The notes beneath the pieces were generated by a model, which was not told the origin of the DNA, did no database searches, and saw nothing but the letters and a program-made list of their open reading frames with translations. Below are positions 22,875-34,769 of a DNA stretch of 64,000 bases, one piece after another. Source of the DNA: Octopus sinensis (Eukaryota); contig NC_043009.1 of assembly GCF_006345805.1 (NCBI RefSeq), forward strand, positions 47,306,001 to 47,370,000, in the 5' to 3' direction. Both the position numbers and the translations under genes were made by a program. Numbering within the stretch: the stretch's first letter is position 1; each line of letters opens with the position of its first letter.

Positions 22875-23165
22875 TGGAGGGTGTATGGCCCAGTGGTTAG
22901 GGTGTTGCACTCTGATGATCATGAGATCATGGTTTCAATTCCTAGACTGTATTGTGTTCTTGAGCAAAACACTTCATCTCACATTGCTCTGTGACCACTT
23001 CAACACCTGATGCATGGTACAATATGAACCTGTTCAGGCAATGTTGATTTGAAGGAAAGAGTGAGCTAATGTGCTGCATGAACATTTGATCACTATAAGC
23101 TAATCATATGTGCAGGCTGTTCAGCAAAGTTGAACGCTCATATGTTATCTTCAAGGAGAGTGACA
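22875..23165 (+). mobile_element. SINE family D
   Basis: ggcccagtggttagggtgttg head; tcttgagcaaaacacttcat core. Confidence 0.75.
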
Positions 23166-23174
23166 ATCATATAT

Positions 23175-23645
23175 ATATATATATATCTTTCGTTCCCCCT
23201 CTCTCACATTTCTTTGCCGTCTCTTCTTACTCACTTTCCCTCCACTTTTCACTTGACTGTGTCCCTGTCCTTTTTTCTCACCCCTCCTTAATTCTTCTGT
23301 CCCTCTGCTTCTACTTCTCTCTCTTCTCTTCCCACGTGACTGCCGGCCAGCCTTGCATGTTCTTTCTTTTTTGGTCTGACCACTGTCCATCAATATTCAA
23401 TTTTTCACCCTTATTATTTTAAATTTTAATTTATTTACAAATATGTGTATATATACATGTGAAACCATTAATTCAGACATTTTTATCTCTCCCTCCCCCC
23501 CCTCTCTCTTGATGTTTTCTTTCCTCATTCCTTTCTGTAGAAGAGTACATGCTCAAAACATCGAAGCCTCTTCCACTTTCCCTGAGTATCAAACTACTAA
23601 TACACTTTGTTTGTTGTCCTCTCACCTGTCTGTCTTTGTTTTATA
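23175..23645 (+). mobile_element. Penelope-type terminal repeat (paralog of 16141-16440) with a decayed hammerhead-like motif
   Basis: Shared blocks with 16141-16440; motif at 23531-23566; flanked by (TA)n. Confidence 0.55.
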
Positions 23646-23690
23646 TATATATATTTCTGTGAGTGTGCATGTGTGTGTGTATATATATAT

Positions 23691-23738
<48 letters not shown>

Positions 23739-24134
23739 AAAATAGATAGATAGATGATAGATAGGTAGATAAAGAGATATGTATGTATATTATTTGTTCA
23801 TATGCATATGGAAAGAGTATGTGAAATTTCCAGCCAATCAGATGTAAAGAAAAGAGAAGCAGAGATAGATGAATTGAAATAATGAGTTGTTTTTACCAAA
23901 CTATTAATTTGTAAAGGTCATATTTAGGGACTGTAAAGGTTAACATGAGACCAGAAGTAGTTATGAATGAAAGCTTATTTTATGAAAATAAGCTAAACAT
24001 TGACTTTATGGTAAACAACCTATAAAAATATCTTTCTGTCTTTTCTTGTAGGTGTTGTTGATCTGATTATATATATATTTATTTGTTATATAAAGATGCG
24101 TGGTTATATGTCTGCATCTCTCTCTGAGTCCCAC

Positions 24135-24189
<55 letters not shown>

Positions 24190-24220
24190 GGATATACATA
24201 AATATATATATATACATACA

Positions 24221-24251
<31 letters not shown>

Positions 24252-24269
24252 ATATATATATATGTATTA

Positions 24270-24630
24270 TATAGGTGTGGCTGTGTAGTAAGAATTTTGC
24301 TTTCCAACCACATGGTTCCAGGTTCTGTTCCATTGCATGGCACTTTGGGCAAGTCTTCTATTCAAGCCTTGTGAGTGGATTTGGAAGATGGAAACTGAAA
24401 GAAGTCTGTTGTGTGTATATATATATATATATATAAATTTATGTATCTATGTGTATTTTTGTGCATGTGTTTGTTCCCCACCATCACTTGGCAACTGGTG
24501 TTGGTTTGTTTACATTCATGTAACTTTGTGATTCAGTAAAAAGGCCGACAAAATAAGTACAAAGCTTAAAAAATGAATACCAGGGTTGAATTGTTTGACT
24601 AAACTCTTCACAGTGGTGCCCCAGCATTTG
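24270..24630 (+). mobile_element. SINE family A, diverged
   Basis: Head and tail motifs recognisable. Confidence 0.8.
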
Positions 24631-24644
24631 CATGAATCTACATA

Positions 24645-24954
24645 TGAGGGGTACTGAAAAGTTCCTGGCTTTAAGGGTATCACAAAAGGCCTGGTTGAAA
24701 GCCCAACTTTTCAGCCTCCCTTTGCATATATATATATATATATATATATATGAAGGGGTGCTGAAAGGTTTTTGGCTTTAAGAGTACCACAAAAGGCCTG
24801 GTTGGAGGCCCAATGTTCTGAGTTCTTTTACAGGGCTTAGAAAAACTGAAGGACCGCTGCAATAAGTGTGTGAACCTGAGAAGGGCATATGTTGAATAAA
24901 ATCATAATTAACTGATCCTCTTGTATTTTCACTTACCCAAAGCCAAGAACTTTT
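24645..24954 (+). mobile_element. Two adjacent mariner-derived MITE copies (82-bp mini copy plus longer copy)
   Basis: TA|tgagggg..ctgaaa.gtt TIRs; the second copy encodes LQGLEKLKDRCNKCVNLRRAYVE*. Confidence 0.8.
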
Positions 24955-25329
24955 ATATATGTGTGTGTGTATTTTCATTCGTTCAATTTATATCCCTTTG
25001 CCATGCTGGTGTGTATTAGATGAATACATATTGCTAAAACATTATTTTTTGTGGTTGCATGCTCTTCCTGTCATCAACCTTTGAGTTTTCAGTCTGAACA
25101 TCTTTGAAAGTACAAACCTGCTAAATGATGTGTCAATAGGGAAAACGTTGTCAAAAGTCTCCATCTGTAATGCAGCAATTTTTTTTCAGAGAAGTGCGGA
25201 ATGTAAGCATTCATAGACACACCCTCCCACATACATGCACTAACACACATTCATAGACATATATACCTACACATACAGGTACATCCGATGGGTTTTGTGC
25301 AGTTTCTATCAACTGAATTCACCCAGGGA

Positions 25330-26410
25330 CAGTAGTTTTTGAGGGTAAGGAAAGTGGATTACAGTGTTCAACTGGTACTTATTTTTAATCAACCATAAAA
25401 GGATGAAAGGCAAAGTTGACCCCAGAAGAATTTTAACTCAGAATGTAAAGACAGATAAAATGCTGTTAGGCAGTTTTCACAGTGTACTAATGACCCTGCC
25501 CTCTTGTCGCCTTATTAAATACGGGATCATTGGTTTCACATCACCTGTTATTTACAATATGGTGGAACACCTAAAATTTTGATTCTTTAGGGGGCTTGGA
25601 GTAATAATCCTTTCTACTATAGGCACATTAGGAGGAGGGGGCTGGTTGATTATATAGGCCCCTATGCTCCACTGGTACTTATTTCATCAACCCCGAAAGG
25701 ACGAAAGGTAAAGTCAACCTTGGTGGAATTTGAACTTAGAATGTGATGATAAACGAAATGCCACTAAGCATTTTGTCCAGTGTGCTAATGATTCTGCCGG
25801 CTCGTCACCTTCATAATAATAATAATAATAATAATAATAATTATTATTATTGTGATACCAGTGCCGGTGGCACGTAAGAGAACCATCCGAATGTGGCCGT
25901 TGCCAGTGCCGCCCCGACTGGCCTCCGTGCCAGTGGCAAGTAAAAAGCACCATCTAATTGTGGCCGTTGCCAGCCTCATCTGGCCCCCATGCAGGTGGCA
26001 CATAAAACGCACCCACTACACTCTCTGAGTGGTTGGTGTTAGGAAGGGCATCCAGCTGTAGAAACACTGCCAGATCAGACTGGGCCTGGCACAGCCTTCT
26101 GGCTTCCCAGACCCCAGTTGAACCGTCCAACCCATGCTAGCATGGAAAACGGACGTTAAATGATGATGATGATGATGATTATTATTATTCTGCCAGCTCA
26201 TCGCCTTTGTCCTACTATAGGCACAAAGCTTGAAATTTCAGGGATTGGGACTAGTCGATTACATCAACCCCAGTGTTTCACTGGTACTTAATTGATCAAC
26301 CCTGGAAGGAGGAAAAGCAAAGTCGCTCTGGCAGAATTTGAACTTAGAATGTAGCAACAGGCAAAATGCTGCTAAGTATTTCAAGTGTGCTATCGATTCT
26401 ACCAGCTGGC
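25330..26410. mobile_element. Cluster of three minus-strand family C SINEs with a plus-strand family B element (25850-26180)
   Basis: gaaaggcaaagttgac core on the minus strand three times; family B tandem units and (GAT)n tail. Confidence 0.8.
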
Positions 26411-26542
26411 TCCCTTTTTGTTCTTAAAATAATAATAATAATTATCATAATTTGCTTCCTAAAACTTATCACTTATGCTAGACAACTGTGCTTTCCACTC
26501 CATTCCACTTCTTCATTATATCTTATGCTACACTCTCTAAAT

Positions 26543-27389
26543 CAGAAGTTCTCAAACTTTTTGTGCCACCACCTCCCTCATGGCCACATAATATACTCAG
26601 CACCCACCCCATATTTTTATGTATAAATAAATATTTTATTGCAAATACCATAAGGGCACAGAAAGTGTGCCTAAAGCCAGCTGGAGACGATGATCTCCTG
26701 GGGCTAAAAGCTACAGTAACACCCACCCTTAGTGGTTAGCCATATTGAGATGGCTAGTATACTTTACGTTAAATATTTTATATTTTACTAATTTATATAT
26801 ACTATGACTCATTTGATATTTAATATATTATCATCTAATTTGTATATAATACAATAATAATAGAAATATTAAAATTTCTAAGTCTCTCTAAAGGAGACTA
26901 CGGCAGCGGTACTGGATATTAATAGTTATCGCCAAGCTAATATGGCAGTCCAGAAATATATTTTTGAAAACCAGTGGATGTATTCCACTGAATTTAAGTA
27001 AATAATCCTTCGAACAAACGGTTAGTAGCGACGCCTGCTGGGTTCGGCTGCTCTACATTGATAAGGGGCAAATACCCTGAAACTAGTCCATAGATGCCTG
27101 ACCATCAAGAGGAAGCAGCTGACCGCCTCTGTTTGAAGGTTATAATGGACACAGGTTCATGTGTCACATAGCTAGCTAGAGGCGATGGCCTCTTGGAGCT
27201 AATCAATGGCAGCATTCGTCCTATATTTCTGGACTGCCATATTAACTTGGCGATAACTATTAATAATACTATAATAATATTATAATAAATTCACAGCATC
27301 CCTAATCCACTGCTTTCCTCCCAACACCTCCTTTTTCTCTACTGCCTCCCTGTCCCCTTAGGCACCAACACCCACTTTGAGAACCCACG
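26543..27389. mobile_element. hAT (Charlie-like) MITE with 8-bp TSD, containing a nested insert
   Basis: TIRs cagaagttctcaaa / tttgagaacccacg; flanking duplication ctctaaat / ctctaaac. Confidence 0.75.
26918..27264 (+). mobile_element. Penelope-type terminal repeat with 43-bp inverted tips and a hammerhead-like motif
   Basis: 26918-26960 is the reverse complement of 27222-27264 with 1 mismatch; motif at 27053-27096. Confidence 0.6.
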
Positions 27390-27962
27390 CTCTAAACAAT
27401 GCCAAATATAACATCAAATGCTGCCCGTGGACTATTCCTGTAGTCTTCTAGAACTATGTGAGACAAAACGCAACAGACACACACACACACATACACACAC
27501 AAAGTTTTTCAAGAGAATTTATTATGGCTAATAAATAAAATAATACACAAATTCCTGTTTGATCAGCTTTTGTATTTGCAACTTTAATTATTTAATCATT
27601 AACCCTGTTCAGCATTCAGTGGAAAAGAACTATCATCATCATCATTGGCATCACTACAGACATCGTTATAATCATCATCATCACCACCACTACCAACACC
27701 ACCATCACCAACAACAGCAATACCATTGTTTTTATACTTAAAATGAATGAGGTTTTGTTTCTTCCTTTTTCAGAGACAAAATACCTGTCAAGAAAGATGG
27801 AGGAGGAATGGGATGGGAAGGAGAGAAATTTAGAGATTGTGAGACATTCATGCATTTCTGAAGCATGTATGTAAGTGATGTGATATAGTTACAACTTTAA
27901 AGGGTGTTGTAGGTTTATTGAAAACCTGTATATTACTGCTATGGTATCAATATTTATATTGA

Positions 27963-28170
27963 CAAGGCGGCAAGCTGGCAGAAACGTTAGCATACCGGGC
28001 AAAATGCGTAACCGTATTTCGTCTGTCTTTATGTTCTGAGTTCAAATTCCACCAAGGTTGACTTTGCCTTTCATCCTTTTGGGGTACCAGCTGCATACTG
28101 AGGTTGATCTAATCGACTGGCCACCTCCCCAAAAATTTCAGCCTTGTGCCCAGAGTAGAAAAGAATATTG
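27963..28170 (+). mobile_element. SINE family C
   Basis: Head and core motifs. Confidence 0.85.
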
Positions 28171-28367
28171 ATATTGACTTTTATTTTTTATCTTTTGCAA
28201 GTTTCAATCATCAGACTGCAGCCATGCTTTAAAGAATCTATAGTTAAATGACTTGACCCCAGTATTAATTTTTAAAAATTTTAAACCTGGTACTCATTCT
28301 CTTGGTCTCAGTGAAATTTGAACTCAGGAAATAAAGATGGATGAAATACCACTAACCATTTTATCTG

Positions 28368-28900
28368 ATCATCATCATCAACATTTAATGTCCGCTTTCC
28401 ATGCTGGCATGAGCTGGACGGTTTGACTGAAGACTGGGAGGCCAGAAGGCTGCACCAGGCTTCACTCTGATCTGGCAAAGTTGCAACAGCTGGATGCCCT
28501 TCCTAACACCAACCACTCCAGGAGTGTAGGGGATGTCTTTTACACACCACTGGCACGAGAGCCAGTCAGGCAGTACTGGCATCAAGCACACTCGAATGGT
28601 GCTTTTTACGTGCCACCTGATGATACCATCAGCTTACCTCCTTCCAAATAATTCTTTTGCCGAACCACTAAGTTACAGGGATGTAAACACACCAACACCG
28701 GTTGTCAGGTGGTGAAGGACAAACACACACACACACATACATATATATAATGAGCTTCTTTCAGTTTCCATCTACCAAATCAACACACAAAGCTTTAGTT
28801 GACCCGAGGGTATAGTAGAAGACACTTGCCCAAAGTGCCATGCAGTGGGACTGAACCTAGAACCATGTGGTTGAGAAGTAAGCATACCATGCAGTCACAC
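28368..28900 (-). mobile_element. Family B 3' end abutting a partial family A SINE
   Basis: (CAT)n tail, ggatgcccttcctaac, then family A body and head on the minus strand. Confidence 0.8.
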
Positions 28901-29999
28901 CTGGACCTATAGAGAATAACACCATAAGTTTACTCGACTGCAACAGCAACATCTAAATCCTTACATTTTGTTTTTGCTATGGGAGCTCAGTGAAGTTTTT
29001 TCATATCTTGCTTTTTATCTCTCAAGCAATGGTGCAGTGAAATATGAACATGTATGAGCCAAAGTTGGGTTGTGTGCATGTGTATGTGTACATGTGAAGA
29101 GTGTGTGGATGTGTGTGTGTGTGGGGGGGGGCTGTTAGATCATCATTAGCTCAATTCAATATCGATGAGTATAACATCTAACAAGACTAAAGTTGCCATA
29201 TTACAAGGTTGTTACAATTGAAGGCTTCAGTGATTACAGCACAGATCACGTCGACATTGGCAAATGCTAAATTTAGACCAGTGTTGCCATGTTAGAGAGT
29301 GAGGCTGTAATGTCAGTGGCTGGAGTCTGTAGGTTATACTGTTGGTTATTAATCTTTGTTTTTAGTTTATTTTTATCTTATTATTTTTTTCTTAATTTTT
29401 GTTTCACATTTGTGGAAAACGGTGGCAAGTTCATTGCATTAAGGTTCAATGTTCAGTGGAAAGGAAATAACTATAATCAACATCATCATCATCATTGCAA
29501 TCATTGCCATTAACATCATTATCATCATTGTCATCATCACCATTCTCTTCATTATTATCATAATTGCCATCATCCTCATTATTACCTTCATTATCATCAT
29601 TAGCTTTGTTGTCATCATTATCACCACCACCACCACCATCAATGACAAATAACACCATTTTATTATGCTCAAAAACAATGCTTTATTATTATTTTCTTTT
29701 TTTTTTGTAGTAACAAAATGCCTAAGTTGAGAAAGATGGAGGCGGGATGGGATGAGGAGAAAATCTGAGAGAGTGTGTGACATTCATGGATTCCCCAAGG
29801 ATGAATATAAGTGATGTTAAATGGATACAATACCAAATTAAAACTCACCTCTCTACCGTACCAGACACCTGAAAATGTTTCTTATATTGGTATAACAACA
29901 GAGAATTTAAGATGGCTTGTTTATGCTAACAACAACAACAATAACAATCATCTATATTGTTATCAAGGCGACAGTTATATTGTTATCAAAGAGTCATTA

Positions 30000-30660
30000 G
30001 AGACTTGGATAGAATGCCTTGCAGTGTTTTTCTCTCCCTCTGCATCTTGAGTTCAAATCTCATCAAGATCAACTTTTCATTCTTTTGGAGTCGATTATTA
30101 TTTGTAGGCCATTTAAATAGTCTTTTGTGTCACAATTTAATTTTTGCTTACACAAGCATTGACAGTGACAAACAACTTTGCCAACTTGCTACTTGAATAA
30201 TGCTTTATGTTTTCTACCATATGTACAAACGTTGAAATTTTGGAGGAGGTGGATAGTCAATTACATCAACCTCAGCACTCAAATGGTACTTATTTCCAGG
30301 GACCCAAGAAAGGATAAAATGCAAAGTTGACCGCAGTGAAATTTGAACTCAGAACATAAAGATGGACAAAATGCCACCAATCATTTTATCTGCTGTACTA
30401 ATGATACTTTTGGCTTGCCTCCTTCTAAATAATTCTTTTAAATTTTAGTAGAAGGGCAAGCAATTTTTAGGGGAAGGAGTAAGCCGATTACATCTACATC
30501 AGCACCCAGCTGGTATTTATTTTATCGACCTGAGAAGAATCAAAGGTAAAGTCGACTTCAGCAGCATTTGAACCCCAAAGGGATAGAGCTGGATGAAATG
30601 CTGTCAAGCATTTTCTCTAGCATGCTAACAACTCTTCTTAGCTCATCAGCATTTGCTGGT
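30000..30660. mobile_element. Cluster of degenerate family C SINE fragments
   Basis: Repeated aaagt.gac...atttgaac motifs. Confidence 0.6.
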
Positions 30661-30879
30661 TTAATAATATCAGTCACTGTAGAAAACCCAGTATGAATCC
30701 AGTTTCAAACAATGTTTTAGAAATGAAAAACAGTAAAAAAAAACAGAACAAAATGAAAAGAAATATTAAAATTAGAATTAGTTTATTTTTCCCATTTTAG
30801 TTGTATTTCTTTTGCATTGAACAAAGTGAACCAAGATGAAATTTTCTAGAAACCAGGAGAAACAATAGCAACAACAACA

Positions 30880-30888
30880 ACAGTTATG

Positions 30889-30950
<62 letters not shown>

Positions 30951-31126
30951 GATCGCTTAATAACCAGGCTTTAAGCTTTTTTTTTTTTTTTTAATCAAGG
31001 TAAGTAGAGTTAAGAGCCTTATCCAGAAACATAATGCAATACTTGTAGCAGAAATATAAAAAAAGACAAAAAACAACAAAAACAATAACCCATCAGATGA
31101 GTCTGATAGCTTTTATTTACACCTCA

Positions 31127-31181
<55 letters not shown>

Positions 31182-31263
31182 CAACAGCAACAATAATCAT
31201 GTAGATGATGAAGATGATGATGACAATGATGATGATTTAATGAAAGCAAGAAAAGCAATATTA

Positions 31264-31307
<44 letters not shown>

Positions 31308-31330
31308 GTTATTATCATCAAGGCAGTGGA
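30880..31330. repeat. (TAA)n/(ATT)n microsatellite cluster
   Basis: Long perfect triplet runs. Confidence 0.95.
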
Positions 31331-33759
31331 GTGGCAGCAACAGTGGAGGTGACAAGACTAAATTCTAGCATTCAGTTTCTACCATCTATGCTCTGATTTC
31401 AAATTCCACCTGCTGGAGTTGACTTTGTTTATCCTTGTGGGGAATGGATGGGGGAGGTGTAGGACGTGGTGGTGGGCGGGGGGTCAATAAAATAAGTACC
31501 AGTCAGACATGTGGGGAATAGATTTACTCATTTATTAATAGTCATCAATCATCTATCAATAGTCATCACCTGAAGAAATTTTAGGGGGCTTTGTTTCAAT
31601 GCAATAAATAATATTGTTATTATTATCATTATTATTATTATTATTATTATTATAATTATTATAATCATCATCATCATCGTCATCATTATTATTATTGGTA
31701 ATAACAACAGCAAAAATAATACACAGGTAGTTAGTTACACATGAGTAAAACACTGAGATCTAAACTAGAGAAAGTTAGGAAACTGGATCTTTTTCTATTA
31801 ATTGTGAAAGTAATCAGTATCTTCAGAAGAACACGAAATGAAATTAATGGCATGGATCAAGCCACATGAAATATTGTTTTAGTTATTTATTATTATTATT
31901 ATTATGTGTGTAATGAGAAGGTTTATAGTTGTCTATGTTAATGGCATGTTATTAACCCTGAAAGAATAAAACAATTTCAACCTTGGCATGGTCTGATCAC
32001 TGAAATTAGAGCCACTTAACTAAACACAATGCTGTATTTAGTGATTTAGTGTGGTGCTCTACTAGCTGTGCTACATTAAAATAAATGATATCAATTGAAG
32101 AATATATGTACAAATTTCTGTCTCCTAATGTATTTAAAAAAAAAAAAAAGAAAAGAAAACAGTGGTTTACATGTTAGGATACTGGCCTGTGTATCACATA
32201 TGCCAAGTCTGCTACAGGTATTTGTAGTATGTCTTTGGATAAAGTATAATACTCTACAAGCCAAATTCTTCTGTTTAACTGGAGAAAGAAACAGTATCAT
32301 TTCCACTATATAAAACAGCAGTTGGTGTGTGAAGAAATTACAAAAAAAAAAAAAAAGAAAAAAATTTAAATGTTCTGTGAAAATATGAGAAAATATGTAA
32401 ATATTCTAACTTAACCAACTTATTTTAAATCATGAAAAGTAGTTTATAAAAAGAAAAGGAAAGAAAAATAACAAACATTCAGTGCTCGATACCAATGTAT
32501 GTCACCTGTGAGTTTGGAAGCGGATTCAATTAATATTAACTTCTATCACATTTTTGGTACAAATCTGCTTTTTTTTTTTCTAGTAAAGAAAACAAATAGA
32601 ATTGTGTGAACACTAGCTTCAACATGAGAACATTTGTCATCAGTAAACCATCAATGTTACTGTGTAAATGATACATATCAACTGAACAAACAAAATAGTC
32701 AATACTAGAATGGAACAGATTCTTAAATATGTAGGCATTTTTCACACTGTAGGTGCATCATGTCACCATATGAGTTTTCTCCCCTGCAGTTGCAGGGCAG
32801 TGGCAGGGGAAACAATTCTAGAGAAAATGCAATGTGCTAAAGGTTAAAAAAATTAAATAAAAATAAAAAAAAAACACAGGATACAAGACCATTGAAGAGA
32901 GTCTAAAGAAATTTTTTTCCAGTTTTATTTCTGTACTAATTCTTGCATAAAATAATTTTTTCCATGAAGATTTTTTTTTTAATCTTCTAGATCAATTATA
33001 ATAAAATTGTGTATTCTATGTCATCTTTACTACAGTACATCATGGCAACTAGTTTTGAAATAAGAATTACGGATGAAAAAAAAAAAAAAGTGACATTTTC
33101 TGAAGGTTTAATCAGAAAAGAAACAATAATCTTTTCACATGAAACAATTGTATATTTTCAGTAAATAACATTTGTTAGAAAGAACATGCAATATTGCAGC
33201 TCAGTATAAATATGTATTTTTTTTTTCTCATTATGATAAAAGTGATGATAATGATGAAGATGATGGTGATGATGATGATTACAAAACAAGAATCTTAAAG
33301 AAGCAAACATTGATTGTTTTGATAGTGTAGACTAGACAATTTAATTAATGAATGCACGGATTAATTTGCTATTTTCTCTACAATGTTAAATATCTTTAAT
33401 ATGATAATAGCTGGATGAAAGCCAGTTGGGCTTCAAATACATGGATTAAAAAAATATGATGTTTGCTTAAATTGCAGACTAATTTATTTCTTAATCTTGG
33501 ATATTCATCATAGCAGTCACACTATCCATGATGAATGACAAACAATAATTTAAAATAAATTCAATCCCCAGAATTACAGAGACAAATAACTGTAAATGAA
33601 TTCATTGAAGCAGTACAGAAGTTAGGAACTAAATGCATGGGCATCACAGAGGTGATGACAAGGGACTAAGACTTCTGGTGGTTTGCTGTGCTTGAGAAGA
33701 CATGTCAAGCTAAGTAAGTTCATGCCTGTCCATGTATATAGGCATGTCCTCTTCATCCC

Positions 33760-34062
33760 TCTCTCAGCCAAGAGATCCTAGTCTTGCAGGCTTGTGGGTG
33801 CTGGTGCCACTTAAAAGTGCCTGTGCTGGTGTCATAAAAGTAGCTGTGCCTGTGCCACTTTAAAAGTGCCCATGCTGGTGCCACATAAAAGCACCTGGTA
33901 CACTCTGTGGTTGCTGTTGGGAAGAGCACCCAGCCATAGAAACCATGCCAAAACAGATATATGGAATCTGGGCAGCTATCCAGTTGGCCAACTCCTGTCA
34001 AACTGCCCAACCCATGCCAGCATGGAGAATGGATGTTAAAAGATGATGATGACGATGATGAC
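33760..34062 (+). mobile_element. Diverged family B element with ~24-bp tandem units
   Basis: Repeated gctggtgccac.taaaag units; ccatgccagcatggagaatggatgttaaaagatgatgat tail. Confidence 0.75.
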
Positions 34063-34275
<213 letters not shown>

Positions 34276-34731
34276 ATGTTATGATATTTCACTTTCCTTC
34301 TCAGTTTGACATGATGATTTCTACACCCTTTATAGCATCACATTTATTGCTTATTATTCCTAAAATTAACTAAAAAAATGTACATTAATTTATATTTTGG
34401 TACAATTGTTAAGTACAGCACACAAAATTCTGTGGAGCTTTTCTTTAAAAAAAAAAAAGAAGTTTTACCACCCCAAAACATTTGGCCTTAGTTAATACAT
34501 TCTATAATATATACATGAAGATTTCAGCAGCTGATATTACGTTTGGAATAATGTGAAGTCCATGTAAAATCAATTAATTATTAAATTTTGCTGTTAATTA
34601 TATTGATAATTTTAGTATTCAATATAAACTTTGTTAGAAATAAATTAGTCTGTCTGTGTAGAACTATATGAATAAAGAATATTATTATAGCCAACAGATC
34701 TGTTGCTGTGTTTTTTCATATTTCAAAGATA

Positions 34732-34769
<38 letters not shown>

